Positions 47,406 through 60,539 of a stretch of 64,000 nucleotides of DNA are shown here, in pieces (position 1 is the stretch's first letter; every line of letters begins with the position of its first letter). The stretch is taken from NCBI GenBank assembly GCA_964016885.1, contig OZ024742.1, positions 244,590,001 to 244,654,000 on the forward strand, read 5' to 3'. The notes under the pieces were generated by a model. It was not told where the DNA came from. It saw only the letters and a program-made list of their open reading frames with translations, and made no database searches. A program made the position numbers and the translations under genes. This DNA comes from Eledone cirrhosa. Lineage: Eukaryota.

Positions 47406-49545
47406 TACATATCTATATATATATATATATATTATTTATTCTTCATCATTAATATTAATATAAAAAATAATAATCATATATAATTACTTTAAAAACTTTT
47501 ACCCAAATATTTAAAGGGCCTCAAATTTCATATAGCTTAGGGCCTCAGCAGGTGAAACTCCAGCCCTGAGGATGATACAGTAATCAAATCAACCCCAGCA
47601 CTTGACTGTCATATTTGTTTTATCAACTCTAGTGGAATTGTTTGTATTCCCTATGAAAGGAAGTGGGTTTTATTCCTTATGAAGGGATTAAAACCAACCC
47701 TAGTGGAATTTGAACTCAGAATATAATGAGATGCAACTAAATATTGCAATGCCTTTTGTCTGACATTTTATCGATTCTGGAGAAATATCATCTCAAATCT
47801 CTCTCCCCCTTCTTACCATCCTCTCTGTCTCTTTCTTGCTTCTTCTCTCCTTCCTCGCCCCGTCTTTTCCTCTCTCTCTCATCACTCTGTAATTCTACTC
47901 TTTTCAGTTAATTATGACTACCAATCTAATTGATAGGAAAATACTTTATGGGTTTAAATCTCATTAAGAAATAATCCTTTAGGACTCAGATATGTAAATG
48001 CTAGATAACCAAAGAGACTTAAGTTCATAAAACCCTTAGGTGTGAAACAAACTTCTCTCTTTTTTTAAATTTCTTCTGTATTGAATGTGAATGCATGTAT
48101 AAAAATGGTGTATATCAGTACACATCCATAATAAATAGAGAGGCAAACATGTATGAATATGTGTATATTTATTGATGTTTGCGTTATGACATCCTTAGCC
48201 AATATCTAATGTCTGTATTGAAGCTGGGATACTGACCTCCCAGATATATATTATTTCTTTTGAAGGAAACAGTTCTAGTCCTGTAGGAGCCATTTCTATA
48301 TTAAACTTGATATATATAAACATGTAAGGCAGTACTGCTGGTGCCATGAAAAAAGCTCCCAGTACATGCTGAAATGTGCTTAACATTGGGAAGGGCATCC
48401 ATTTGTGGAAAATCAAACCAAAAATATATTGTATGAGCAAGATGCGGTCACCTGACCTGTCAAGCTTCATAAGGTGACATCCCATGTAAACATGGAAAAT
48501 AAACACTAAATGGTAATGTTGAACAGAGAGAGAGATAAACTTCTATTTGAGAAAATTGATGTAACTTATTTCACATTGAGAGCAATTTACAGTGTAAGTA
48601 AGGGATACATTTTGATGGTTATGCTTTTGCAATCCAAATATAGAGATAGCTACAAAATACCTAATGGACAAAAGAAGCAGTGAAGCCCTTAGAGTCCCTT
48701 GATGCAGCTGAAAATGTAGATAGTAACATAATCCTGTCTGAAAGGACCTAAAGTTGATGGACACTACCTTTTCTCATCCTGAATAAGCCATAAAAAAATC
48801 TGTTGCAAACCACCTCCTAGGGTATCTTGATTATCTGCCCCTTTTCAAGTTCACTCATAGTTTCCTTAACCCTTTAGCATTTAAACCCTTTAACCATGTC
48901 CGGCCACAATTCTCTCACCTCTTTCTGTTCAAATCAGTCATAACTGGCTGTTCATACTTATGTTAAGATATTGTTCTTAAAATAAATAATATCAAAATCT
49001 CATAGATTCGATATTCTGTGAGATAATTGTGTGAAATAAAGTGTTTACCGTGAAAATATAATAGTAAATATAGAGTAATGTAAATGCTAAAGGGTTAAAG
49101 GCGGATTTATTTAAAACTTTGCTCTCCATTGTCACCTGTAGTCTTCTTTCACTTGAGAACTTAGGCAAAAGCAGAGCTGTTGCATTTAACATCAGCAAAA
49201 ACCTTCAACTATGTACTTTACATGAGGACATCATAGCAAAGTTGGCCACCTATGAATTTCATCAGTTTTTTTTTTATCACATTGCTTCATAATGGTATGC
49301 CACTCTCTCTCATCCACACTTTATCAAGGTTCAGTTATGACTTCCAGTCTTTTCTTTCTGTTCATTCTCAATCTACTTGCTGTCATTTCTAACAATGCAC
49401 ATTCCCATGTAGATTACCTCCCTTACCATCTTAATCTTTCGCACAGTACAATCTAGACACAGGCAATATAGACACCTCACACTTTCTTTCCATAGAGATA
49501 TAAGCTTGTCTCTTTCAATTGCATACAATCACTATATATGATATA

Positions 49546-50423
49546 CGAGGTGTGTCAGAAAAGTTCCAGGACTGATGTCACAAAAGATTTATTTCAAACC
49601 CAAACTTCACACTAAGAGTTTTCACCTTCAAAGTAATCCCCCTGGAGTCTAATGCACTTTTCCATCCATTTCTGCCACGCTTGCATGCACTCCTGGAAGG
49701 ATTCTTCCGGGATCCTCCGTAGTTCCGTCGTCACGGCCTTTTTGATGTCGTCCACGTCTTCAAAACGGGTCTCCTCCGGGTCGTACTCGACAGTCATCAC
49801 CGGTGATGACTGTCCCTAGCAAGTCTGGTTCGGTTTCAAGACGCTCGAGGATATCCTGGCACACTTGCATGCGTCGACCCTTCTGGTCATCGTTCAGCAG
49901 TTTTGGCACCATCTTTGCGCAGACTTTCCGCATGTCCAAATCTTCAGTGAGAATCTTCCAGATGCTGTCCTGATTCATGCCCAGCTCATTTGCCATCAGT
50001 CGAACAGTCAGCCGACGATCGCTACGCACCATCTGCCTGACGCGTTCAACGTTGACCTCATTCCTGGTTGTTGAGGGCCTTCCGCTCCTGGGGTCATCTT
50101 GCACCACTCAAACACACGTGAGTGTGACATCGTCTCATCTCCATACACTTGCTGCAGCAATCCCAGTGCTTCTGACAGAGTTTTCCCCAACCGTACCAGA
50201 AACTTCAAGTTTGTTCGTTGCTTTGTGCTCATTGCTTGACGACCTGAAACAGAGGACATGTATATAAAATTATGAAGATAAAAGTTTGATTGTTGCAGAG
50301 AGCTAAGATTACAGTTACATACTCCAGGGGGATTACTTTGAAAGAGAAAACTCTTAGTGTGAAGTTTGGGTTTGAAATAAATCTTTTGTCACATCAGTCC
50401 TGGAACTTTTCTGACTCACCTTG
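49546..50423 (-). mobile_element. Internally deleted mariner (Tc1/mariner) transposon with 103-bp TIRs and TA TSD
   Basis: TA|CGAGGTGTGTCAGAAAAGTTCC ... GGAACTTTTCTGACTCACCTTG|TA. Transposase pieces: QRTNLKF..GK (HTH), DDPRSGRP, KMVPKLL, VITGD, YDPE and GDYFEG. Most of the catalytic domain is deleted. Confidence 0.95.
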
Positions 50424-53032
50424 TACATGATACATCAAGGAAACAGTCTAGTTTACACACTCTCTACTCATGAAAAACAATTAAAACCATCACTATAATC
50501 TCTCTTTTATGAAATATTTAATATACGAACTCTACCATCATAATGCCTTTTTTGGGGGGGGGATAAATGTTAAGACAAAGTAGTGAGCATAGAAGATACA
50601 ATAAGAACATAATGGAAAATGTTCAAGGAGATACTACCGCAGTTAACAACAAAAGGTTTCATCTTTGAATCAGAGGCTTTGAATGAGATGTGGGCAGTGA
50701 ATGCAGAGTATATGCAATGCTAGAGAGAAATGAAGCGATCATGTTTTGATGAATGTCTTCTTATTTGCTCACTTATTCCTGAGATGGTCATGAGAGCAGA
50801 GTCCTCAAACACTCCTTCCAGCAGGCCCTATCAGAAGCAACCATCCCCAACTGATCCAGCTGGATCCCTAAGCAAGACCAGCTAAGTTCGGGGTCTCCTG
50901 CCGGCTGGTTTTGCCTGTAAAATCTGTCCAGTGATTCTTTCATGAGACATTCTAAACACATGCCCATAGCATTGGAGCTGTGATCTCTCAATTTGGAGAA
51001 GTAGCAGCTCTACCTGGAGTGACTCTCTAATCTCTGAGCTACACACTATCAAGAAACATTACTCAAAAGATCCTTCGGAGGAACCCCATTACGGCCGCTT
51101 GTATTCTTTCGGTCATTATCCAAGATTCATGACCATAGGTAAGGGTTGACATGAATACCAAATTGAAGATAGCAAGTTTGGCTTTTACACCAATCTCTCT
51201 TCTGATTACTGAATGCTGAAGCTGGCACATTACTGCGAGCATGTTTTGATGGGTGTGCAATATTAATATGCATGAACAATGAAGCATGGATGAGGTGAGA
51301 GAAAAACCATGTATGAGAGGAATCAGATGTAGTTTACTAAAGAGAACATGTGATACATATGGATGTTGGTTATTGGATTAAGAAGTGCCAAGAGAGCTGA
51401 TCTCAAATTGCTGAATCACAGAGGAGATGACAAAGAAATGCTATACAAAGAAGGATGTGCTGTAAGAGATGTGTCCAACTCATGCAAGAATGGAAAAGCA
51501 AATATAAAATGATGATGATGATGATTGTTGGTACAAAGTTTCTTTCAAGAAGCAGAATTTGATCTTTCTTCTGTGCCATATATTTTTACATTGTTCTCCT
51601 TGAAATTGATGATGTTGAGGATATAGCTGTAGCTGATTCTTATGTTGATTTTGGTAAATTTATTGTAAAATTAAAGAAAGGAAATATGCTGTTACAATTT
51701 TTTATGTATTCAAGCTATTTGATGGGAAATAAATCCAAAGGATGCCCCAGTTCCTTTTATTTGTGTGCTGGCTAATTTTGTTGTAGTTTGGCTCCCAGTC
51801 ATCCATAGATAAGCAAACCCATGATTAACCATTTAGCATTTAAACCAGCCATATGCAGCCAGAATTCTCTTACCTCTTTCTATTTAAACTGGCTGTAATT
51901 GGCTGCTCATACTTATGTTAAGGTATTGTTCTCAAAATAAATAATATCAAAATCTCATAGATTCGATATTATGTGAGATAACTATGTGAGGTAAAGCCTT
52001 TACTGTGAAAATATAATAGTAAATATAGAGTAATGTAAATGCTAAAGGGTTAAAGAGATCCCAGCAGTGGCCCTCTTGTCCTTTTCCTAGATACAATGCA
52101 CCCAGAACCACATTATAAATCTGTCCAGTTTTTCTAAGATGGTTGGGTGTAATTTGAGGGATATTTGACTGTTATTTTTAATAAGTTAGACAACTGCACA
52201 GAGGCACCTTCTTTATTATAATAGGTGGATGAACACTGACGTTTTTAGTGTTGTTGTGACTGTTTCAGAGTCACATCATAAGACCTTATACTTTTCTTGT
52301 TCCTTTTGGCATCCCTGTCCCTAAAACAAGCCTGAGTAGTATTTATTAGGTTTTCTTCTCTTAACACCAAACAAATGTGGTCAATAGAAATCACTCCAGT
52401 TAACGTACTTGCTCTGCTTTAGGATTCATTTGTTCTAGTGATTCGATTAAGATGACAATACTTAATCAAATATTTTTATGGGTCAAAGAACAGGATTTGA
52501 TTCTTTCTTTCTTGTAAAACCCATTGCACGTTCTGTTTTCTTTAGGTTCAACCTAAGTGAACACTTGTGAAAAAATATTGGCTGACATTAAAACCATTTC
52601 ATTGGTGCTTATTGGCAACATCTGGTTTTGCTGAGAACTACTGAGGGATGGAGTACAATAAACAAAGAAATGGAATTTATTTATTTATTCATTTCTATTA
52701 ACCTAATGGACGTCAAGTGATAATGGAAACCGTTATCAAAAAGTATTATTAATATAGTGGATGATAGTATTTGTTTCTCTCTAAGCAGAACATTATTGGA
52801 CATAGAAAAATAAATAAAACACTGTATGCATATTCAAACAATAACTGTCTTAAGATTACCAATAAAAAAAAAAATTAATATGAAAATATAGCCACATGAA
52901 AGAAAGGGCAGGGTTTGGAGCAGAAGATGAGAAGAAAGAAAGAAGTAAAAATGATGGTAGCCATCATCATCATCATCATCTAAATATCAGAATATTCTAC
53001 ATGGATTTGGCACAGCAACCTTTATCAGAACA

Positions 53033-53298
53033 CTAGACTACCCATAACCCGTTGGGTCACCAATAGTTCAAGGTCCCCACAAATTTGTTTTATTCCGTTT
53101 GTATTCCCATTTCAGGGGATTTTTCCATTATGCACCGTTTTGGCTGAAATGAAGGTGCCCAGAAAACCCCATATCTCGGGAACCCGTGCTCCGATTTACG
53201 CGAAACTTGTTTTATTCCATTTGTATTCCCATTTCAGGGTTTACTTCCTTTCAAAGTATTTTCCCATTATGCACCCTTTTGGCTGTATTACATTACAG

Positions 53299-53333
<35 letters not shown>

Positions 53334-53355
53334 CAGAGTTTTAGTAGTATATAGA
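53033..53355 (-). mobile_element. Non-autonomous Helitron
   Basis: The minus strand begins A|TCTATATACTAC and ends GTCTAG|T (A-T target). Subterminal hairpin GACCC-AAC-GGGTT lies ~10 nt before CTAG. The interior has a ~60-bp direct repeat and (CAAG)n. Confidence 0.8.
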
Positions 53356-53811
53356 TGGTAGTGGGGAATGAGATCAGTATTTGACCTCTAAAGTTTTGGT
53401 CATTACTATCCTCTAAATATCAGAATCTTTCATACTTTTTTTTTGCTGGAATCAATCTTGAAAAGAAGTATGTATTTTCATATAACATGTCAAAAGGAAA
53501 TTATCACATTCATACATTTAATATACCATTAAAAATCTTTATAGGGAAAATATTTCAAAGAGTCTTTAATCTTCATCTGGATGCTGTGGGTTTTTAAAAA
53601 CTGGTTAAAATTATGTAGGAGCTTGAATTCATCAAGTGTCACATTCTTAAAACTTCAAAGATGTTAGATCAAAAATAAGACAAGCAATATAAGTGTAAAA
53701 TAACTGTAATTTATATTCTTTAACCTCACTTTTTAGCTGCTGCACTGCATAACAAATAAAAGCAAATAGATGTAAAAATCAGAAACAATTATTATTATTA
53801 CTAGGGTGGTG

Positions 53812-54795
53812 AGGGCGGTGGATTGGCAGTATCGGTAGAGGGTCGGACGCCATACTTCGCAGCAAAGAGTTACAGCCCTTTATGGTCTGAGTTCAAATCC
53901 CGCCGAGGTTAACTTTGCCTTTCATCCTTACAGGGTCGATAAAATAAAGTACCAGTAATACACTGGATAATTGCTGGCCTTGTGCCAAAAGTAGAAACAA
54001 TTATTATTACTAGGGCAGTGGATTGGCAGAATCATTAGAGCATCAAACAAAATGCCTTGCAGCATTTAGTTATGACCCTTTACGTTCTGAGTGCAACTTT
54101 GCCTGTCATCCTTCCAAGGTTGATAAAGTACCAGTCAAGGATTGGGGTAAATTTAATAGAACTTGGCTGGTCACGCTTGGGAATCCATCCGAATCAGTTG
54201 GAGATGGTTGCTTCTGACAGGACCCACTGGATGGAGTGTTTGAGGACTCTGCCCCCACGACCATCTAAGGAATAAGTTGACGACGAAGAAGAAGCCCCTC
54301 CCTCTCAAAATTGCTGGCTTTGTACCAATATTAGAAAGATTAATTATTATTGCTAGGACAGTGGATAAGCAGAATCATTAAAGCATTGGACAAAATACCT
54401 TGTAGTATTTAGTGACATTCTGAATCGAAATCCTGCCGAGCTTCATTTTTGCCTTTCATCTTTGTGGTGTTAAAAAAAATAAAGTACCAGTCATGTGTTG
54501 GAGTCAATAAAAGAAGTATCAGTCAAGTAATAGGTTGATATAATTGACTGATCCCTCCCATCATAATTATTATATTACTTTATTATTACTGTTATTTGTG
54601 TAAAGAGAGGGCAGTGGATTGACAGAATCCCAGCTCATTACATTCTCAGTTCAAATCTTGCCACGGTCAACTTTGCCTTTCATCCTTCTGAGTTCAATAA
54701 AATTAAGTACCAGTTAAGTACTGAGGTTGATTTAATTGACTCACACCCCCACCCGAAGTTACTGCGCATTGTGCCCATGTTAGAAACAATTATTA
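53812..54795 (+). mobile_element. Head-to-tail train of 4-5 family-A SINEs with an RTE 3' fragment nested
   Basis: Successive GTGGATTGGCAG-type heads at ~53818, 54018, 54361 and 54614. The first three follow (ATT)n tails. Confidence 0.8.
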
Positions 54796-55549
54796 GGCTG
54801 AGAGTGTTGATATAAATATTTTTGACTATTTAGTTTTATATCTTTTAAATCCAACCAGTGGAGGTGTGTGGCATAGTGGTAAGGGTGTTGGACTTACAAT
54901 CATAATGTCATGGGTTCAATTCCTTGACCAGATTATATGATATGTTAATCCACTCAGCTGAAAATGAATACCAGCAGTAGCTGGGGTTTTAATCCTGCGA
55001 TGGACTGTTGTCCTGTCCAGGGGGAAGTCTTGTACTTTCAATTGCTTAACAGCATGAAAACTGAGATAAGCACCGGCCTGATGAGCCTATGGACTCAAGA
55101 CAGATTTTAGACTTTTAGATTTAGAAATCCTACCAGGAAGCTACTTTCCTTTTATTTATTTGTCTCAATGGAAATGGTATCACTAGTATTACAAAATCAG
55201 TTTAGTCAACTAAGTCACCTGTCCTTACAAAAATTGCATTGGTTCATAGTCTAAAGGATTATTGAGGCTGGTGGATGGCAGAATCAGTAGAGTGTTGGAG
55301 AATATGCCATGCAGTATTCAATCATACTGCTTTGCAGTGGAGATGAGAAAGGAACTCAATGAGTGGAAGGATGATGTACTGAAAAAGACCCCTCCTACCC
55401 ATTTAAGCATAGAAAGCAGATATAAAATGGTGATAATCATGACAATAATGATGAGGCTTCACATTCTGTGTCCAAATTTTACCAGGACCCCTTTTACTGT
55501 TCTAGGAGTCGATAAATACCATTTAACAGCTGACCTTGTGTCAATATAT

Positions 55550-56284
55550 AGTTACAAGCATAGTGTCCATTAAGTTACAAGCATAGTGCCCATTAAGTTA
55601 CAAGCATAGTGCCCATTAAGTTACAAGCATAGTGCCCATTAAAATACAAGCATAATGCCCATTAAATTACAAGCATAGTGCCCATTAAGTTACAAGCATA
55701 GTGCCCATTAAGTTACAAGCATAGTGCCCATTAAGTTACAAGCACAGTGCCCATTAAAATACAAGCATAGTGTCCATTAAGTTACAAGCATAGTGCCCAT
55801 TAAGTTACAAGCATAGTGCCCATTAAATTACAAGCATAGTGCCCATTAAGTTACAAGCATAGTACCCATTAAGTTACAAGCATAGTGCCCATTAAATTAC
55901 AAGCACAGTGCCCATTAAAATACAAGCATAGTGTCCATTAAGTTACAAGCATAGTGCCCATTAAGTTACAAGCATAGTGCCCATTAAATTACAAGCATAG
56001 TGCCCATTAAAATACAAGCATAGTGCCCATTAAGTTACAAGCATAGTGCCCATTAAAATACAAGCATAGTGCCCATTAAGTTACAAGCATAGTGCCCATT
56101 AAAATACAAACAGTGCCCATTAAAATACAAGCATAGTGCCCATTAAAATACAAGCATAGTGCCCATTAAGTTACAAGCATAGTGCCCATTAAAACACAAA
56201 CATAGTGTCCATTAAGTTACAAGCATAGTGCCCATTAAATTACAAGCATAGTGCCCATTAAAATACAAACATAGTGCCCATTAA
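55550..56284. repeat. 23-bp minisatellite, about 32 copies
   Basis: Unit TAAGTTACAAGCATAGTGCCCAT with TAAGT/TAAAA/TAAAT variants. Confidence 0.95.
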
Positions 56285-58072
56285 AAATGATGAGGTTTAT
56301 AGTAAAAAATATTTAATTTAATAATTCCTTGATTACAAAATTTTCCTTGGCCTTCCCCCTTTTTGTCATTCTGGCCATTGCCATGTTTCTTTATACAGTC
56401 ATTTAACCCTTTAGCATTTACATTACCTATATTTACTATTGTAGTTTCATGGTAAAGGCTTTACCTCATAATTATCTCACATAATATCGAATCTATGAGA
56501 TTTTGATGTTATTTATTTTGAAAACAATACCTTAACATCAGTATGAGCAGCTGGTTTGAACAGAATGAGGTGAGAGAATTGTGGCCGGATACAGCCAGTT
56601 TATAGATACATTGGTAAATATACATGAACAGATAATTATAGATTGACAGTCAGACAGACAGATAGGCATGCAGAGAGGTATGTAGACAGATAGAGTGATA
56701 GGAAGGTAGATATGTAGACAGGGAGGTAGGTAAGAAGATAGACAGAGAGATAGCAGCAGACAGAAATATATATATATATGTGTGTGTACAGATGTATATA
56801 TAGACAGATAGGTAGACATCATACAATTTGATAGATATATGTATTTACATATAGATATATTTATTGTTCAAAGATAGATAGATACCTATGTAGGTAGCTA
56901 TAGATAGCTGTTGCATGGCCACTGAACATCTTGTCAACATTGTGTGAGGGAGATAGGTAGGGAGGATGGTATCAAATTACTGTTCTATTTTAGCAAAATT
57001 AGCAGGAAGAGGTTGTCACTTGACCTTGTGTTTTATTATAAAAGAATATCATAATACAGGTGAAGGTGTTGGCTATCAGATTCAGTAGAATGTTGGACAA
57101 AATAAACCCTCTATGGTATTTAGCTATATTTCTTGACAATGAATATAACCCCTCCCTTACAAATATGTGGCTTTGTGCCAATGTAAGAAATTATAAGAAG
57201 TGAGAAAATTGTCATTTATCAGGTTTTCATAATAAATTGTTTATAGAAGAAAGAAGTTTGTTATTTCCTCTTGTGACCATGAAGATAAAAAGTAGATAGG
57301 AAGAAGGGAGGGCATGACTCACAGTTAAAAAATGAAGTCCAATATAAAAGTCTGTCAACACCTCAACTCTATCACTCTTCAACAACCTACCTTCTGGTCA
57401 AAATATAGATAACAATAAAAAAAAATATAGATAATAAAAAAGAAACACAAAAAAAGATAACCCATACAAAAACTTCATTTAATCCACCCCAATTACACTT
57501 TGTCAATAAAAAAAAAATACACATATATATATGTGTGTGTAAGGGTGTGGGTGTAATTCTTGGTACTTGAAAGGAAATTCTTTCTTCATTTCCAGAATTA
57601 GAAAGTATATTACAATTTGCTGCCAGCAAGTTATAAAAATAACAAATAATTTTGTACAGGTCAATTTTGTACTGACCAATTGATCAGAGAGGCTAAAATA
57701 AAAATCTACAGAGTTTCATAAATGCAGTCATTTTTTTTTTTTAGTATTATTATTAATAAGTTCTTATGTTTGTCTAATTTGTTGTTTTTGTTGCTGTTGT
57801 ATTTGTTACTATGATGGGGGGGGGGGGGGATAGAGGAGTAGTTTCAGGTAGAAAGATGAAGCAGCAACGACTGTCTTCTTGCTTGGTTTTGTCAGTAAAG
57901 AGAAGTGAATTATTGGCTTTTCAAAGCTATCTAAGGCAGTATTGATCATAAATCAGACTACTGGTGGAATCTGCAACATTTGGAAATAATTGCTTTGGTT
58001 TCGATCAATATTCAAACATATTGTTGTTTGTTTAATGATTTCTCAGCTGACCTGAAATTCTTGAGCACTTAC

Positions 58073-58316
58073 TGTGTGTGTGTGTGTGTGGCAGATAGCA
58101 TATGAGAGTGCTTGTGTATGAGGCAGTAAACGTGTGTGTGTGACAGAAAGCATATGAGAGTGCTTGTGTATGAGGCAGTAAACGTGTGTGTGTGGCAGAA
58201 AGCAAGTGAGAGTGCTTGTGTATGAGGCAGTAAACACGTGTGTGTGAGTGTGTGTATGGCAGTAAGCAAGTGAGAGTGCTTGTGTATGAGGCAGCAAACA
58301 TGTGTATGTGTGTGTG
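58073..58316. repeat. Compound minisatellite: ~40-bp core plus variable (GT)n, 4 copies
   Basis: TGAGAGTGCTTGTGTATGAGGCAG is repeated 4 times and separated by (GT)n. Confidence 0.9.
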
Positions 58317-58609
58317 AACAGTGCATTTTAGAGTATATTCCCTTGTTTGTCATGTATGTACGTGAGCACAATGCATGTTGTGTGTCTAATTTCTGTGTAT
58401 TCACATGTGTTTCTCGGTGTGCGTTTGTGCGTGTGTGAATGTATGAGCGTCAATGTGTGTGTGGGGAGGGGGGACTGAGAGAGAGAGAGACAAAGAAAAA
58501 GAGAGTATTTTCTGAACATGTGAGTGTGGGAGAACGTAAACAAAAGACTATATGTGAACAATATGTATATAAGTATTCATCTATGTGTATGGAAACAAAT
58601 ACTCATAGA

Positions 58610-58669
58610 TGTGTGTGTATGTATATATATATATATATATCATCATCATTTTACGTCCGCTTTTCCCTG

Positions 58670-58715
<46 letters not shown>

Positions 58716-58860
58716 TATATATATGTGTATTTGTATGTATATATATATGTACATATGTATGTATATATGTACGTATGTATGAATGTATGTATGTATGTAT
58801 GCATGCATGCATGTATATATGAATGTATGTACGTACGTATGTACATATACATACATACTC
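58610..58860. repeat. (TA)n/(TATG)n microsatellite cluster
   Basis: Direct inspection. It explains the Y/I/V/M-rich ORFs here. Confidence 0.9.
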
Positions 58861-59547
58861 ACTCACAAATGTATCTATCTAAACAGACATGCACATACCT
58901 ATATATTAACTTAGATGTTATTGAGTTTCTGTCTGGGAGTTACAAGTACTTTATACATATGCACATATGCATACATGAAATGGATAGACAAATATAGATT
59001 TCTATTTTATATTGGTGGTCAGAATAGCAACTGATGAGATTAGCTCTATTTTTAGGGGTCATTCTAAGATTATTCTCACAATTTTCTAAGTATTGATTCA
59101 GTTTCCTTTCTGTCATTAAATGTTTCAATAGAAGACAGGTGTACCAAATTTTAAGCCATTGTACTTATCATTTAGACAAAACACTTCAAAAAGCATTCTT
59201 TATTCATACATATAATTAGCCATATATATGTATGTTTGTGTATGATGTACTGACGTTTATATACATATATATATATAATATCAATAAATAATCAACAAAC
59301 CAAATAACTCATTGTTTATATATATATATATATATATAAACGTCGGCCCATGCACATACACAAACAAGAGCATCAGGACAGATGGACAAAAGGAATATTG
59401 GGGGAATTTAAATATATATATATATTATATATATATATATAGTAATAATTACAAAGACCAAAATCCAAAGAGGGCTCGATAAGGATTGTATATATAAACC
59501 AATAGAGAAAATATATATTATTAGTACAGATTAAAGTTCAAGCAAAT

Positions 59548-59600
<53 letters not shown>

Positions 59601-60539
59601 TATACGTACATAATTGACCTAATATTGTTATTTGAGAGATCAAATTAAAAACATGGTCTCTTATAGAAGTCAGCTGCTGTCTATCTGACATCATATTCCT
59701 AAACAATGGGCAAGGGAAAGAAGACAGTTTTTGACTGTTGATGAAAAGTTTATAAATTTTGTACTAACAATGCATTTTCAGCTTTTACCACTTACCATTG
59801 AAGCAACAGAATATGTACCATGTTTGAATCAAAAATATGGCTGAACTTGACTTTTTGAAGAAAGACTATAACTGACACAACAAGCGTTTTAAGGTCCTTA
59901 TTCCTGTGAAGTTGCCCCATGACAGGTCACATACTCATCTTAGGGTTCCTTTTAAAGTAATATTGTATTACCTTTTCGGGTGGTAACCCCTTTAGTCACC
60001 TCTCATGACATGCAGGGATAAAACATACCTTTTGTAATCCAAACACATACCGCAGCTTGAAGAAAGAATGCAGCTCCATAATTCCTAAACTATGCAAGAT
60101 CCCTCAAGCTGGGATAAGGAATATCTGCTAGACCTTCTTAAGTAATAATTATTGGGAAAGGAATAATTATTGTGGAAATATTGCAAAGAACAAGACATCT
60201 TTTAATTATTTTTCCTAGCACTAATAATTTAAGCTGCTTCTTATGACATGCAGGGATATGGTGTACCTATTCTAAACCAGGTGCATACAGCATTATCAGA
60301 AGAAACTCTTTTACATATGTATATATCTTTAACCCTTTAGCGTTTATATTACTCTATATATATGTCCATGGTAAAGGCTTTATCTCATAATTATTTCACA
60401 TAATATCAAATCTATGAGATTTTGATATTATTTATTTTGAGAACAATACCTTAACATCAGTATGAGTGGCCAATTACACCCGGTTTGAACAGAAAGAGGT
60501 GAGAGAATTCTGGCTGGATATGGCCAGTTTAAATGCTTG

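Noticed and set aside
55070-55105. CTGATGAG as a hammerhead core
   Set aside because: No GAAA follows. It is part of a SINE 3' tail.
55550-56284. CRISPR-like appearance of the 23-bp and 24-bp arrays
   Set aside because: The units are contiguous with no unique spacers, there are no cas genes, and the context is eukaryotic.
58439-58997. Long YI/VC-rich ORFs
   Set aside because: These are translations of (TA)n, (TG)n and (TATG)n microsatellites.
59786-59875. Minus-strand GGTAAGT donor with a short open frame
   Set aside because: The peptide is unrecognisable, and such motifs are expected by chance in 64 kb.
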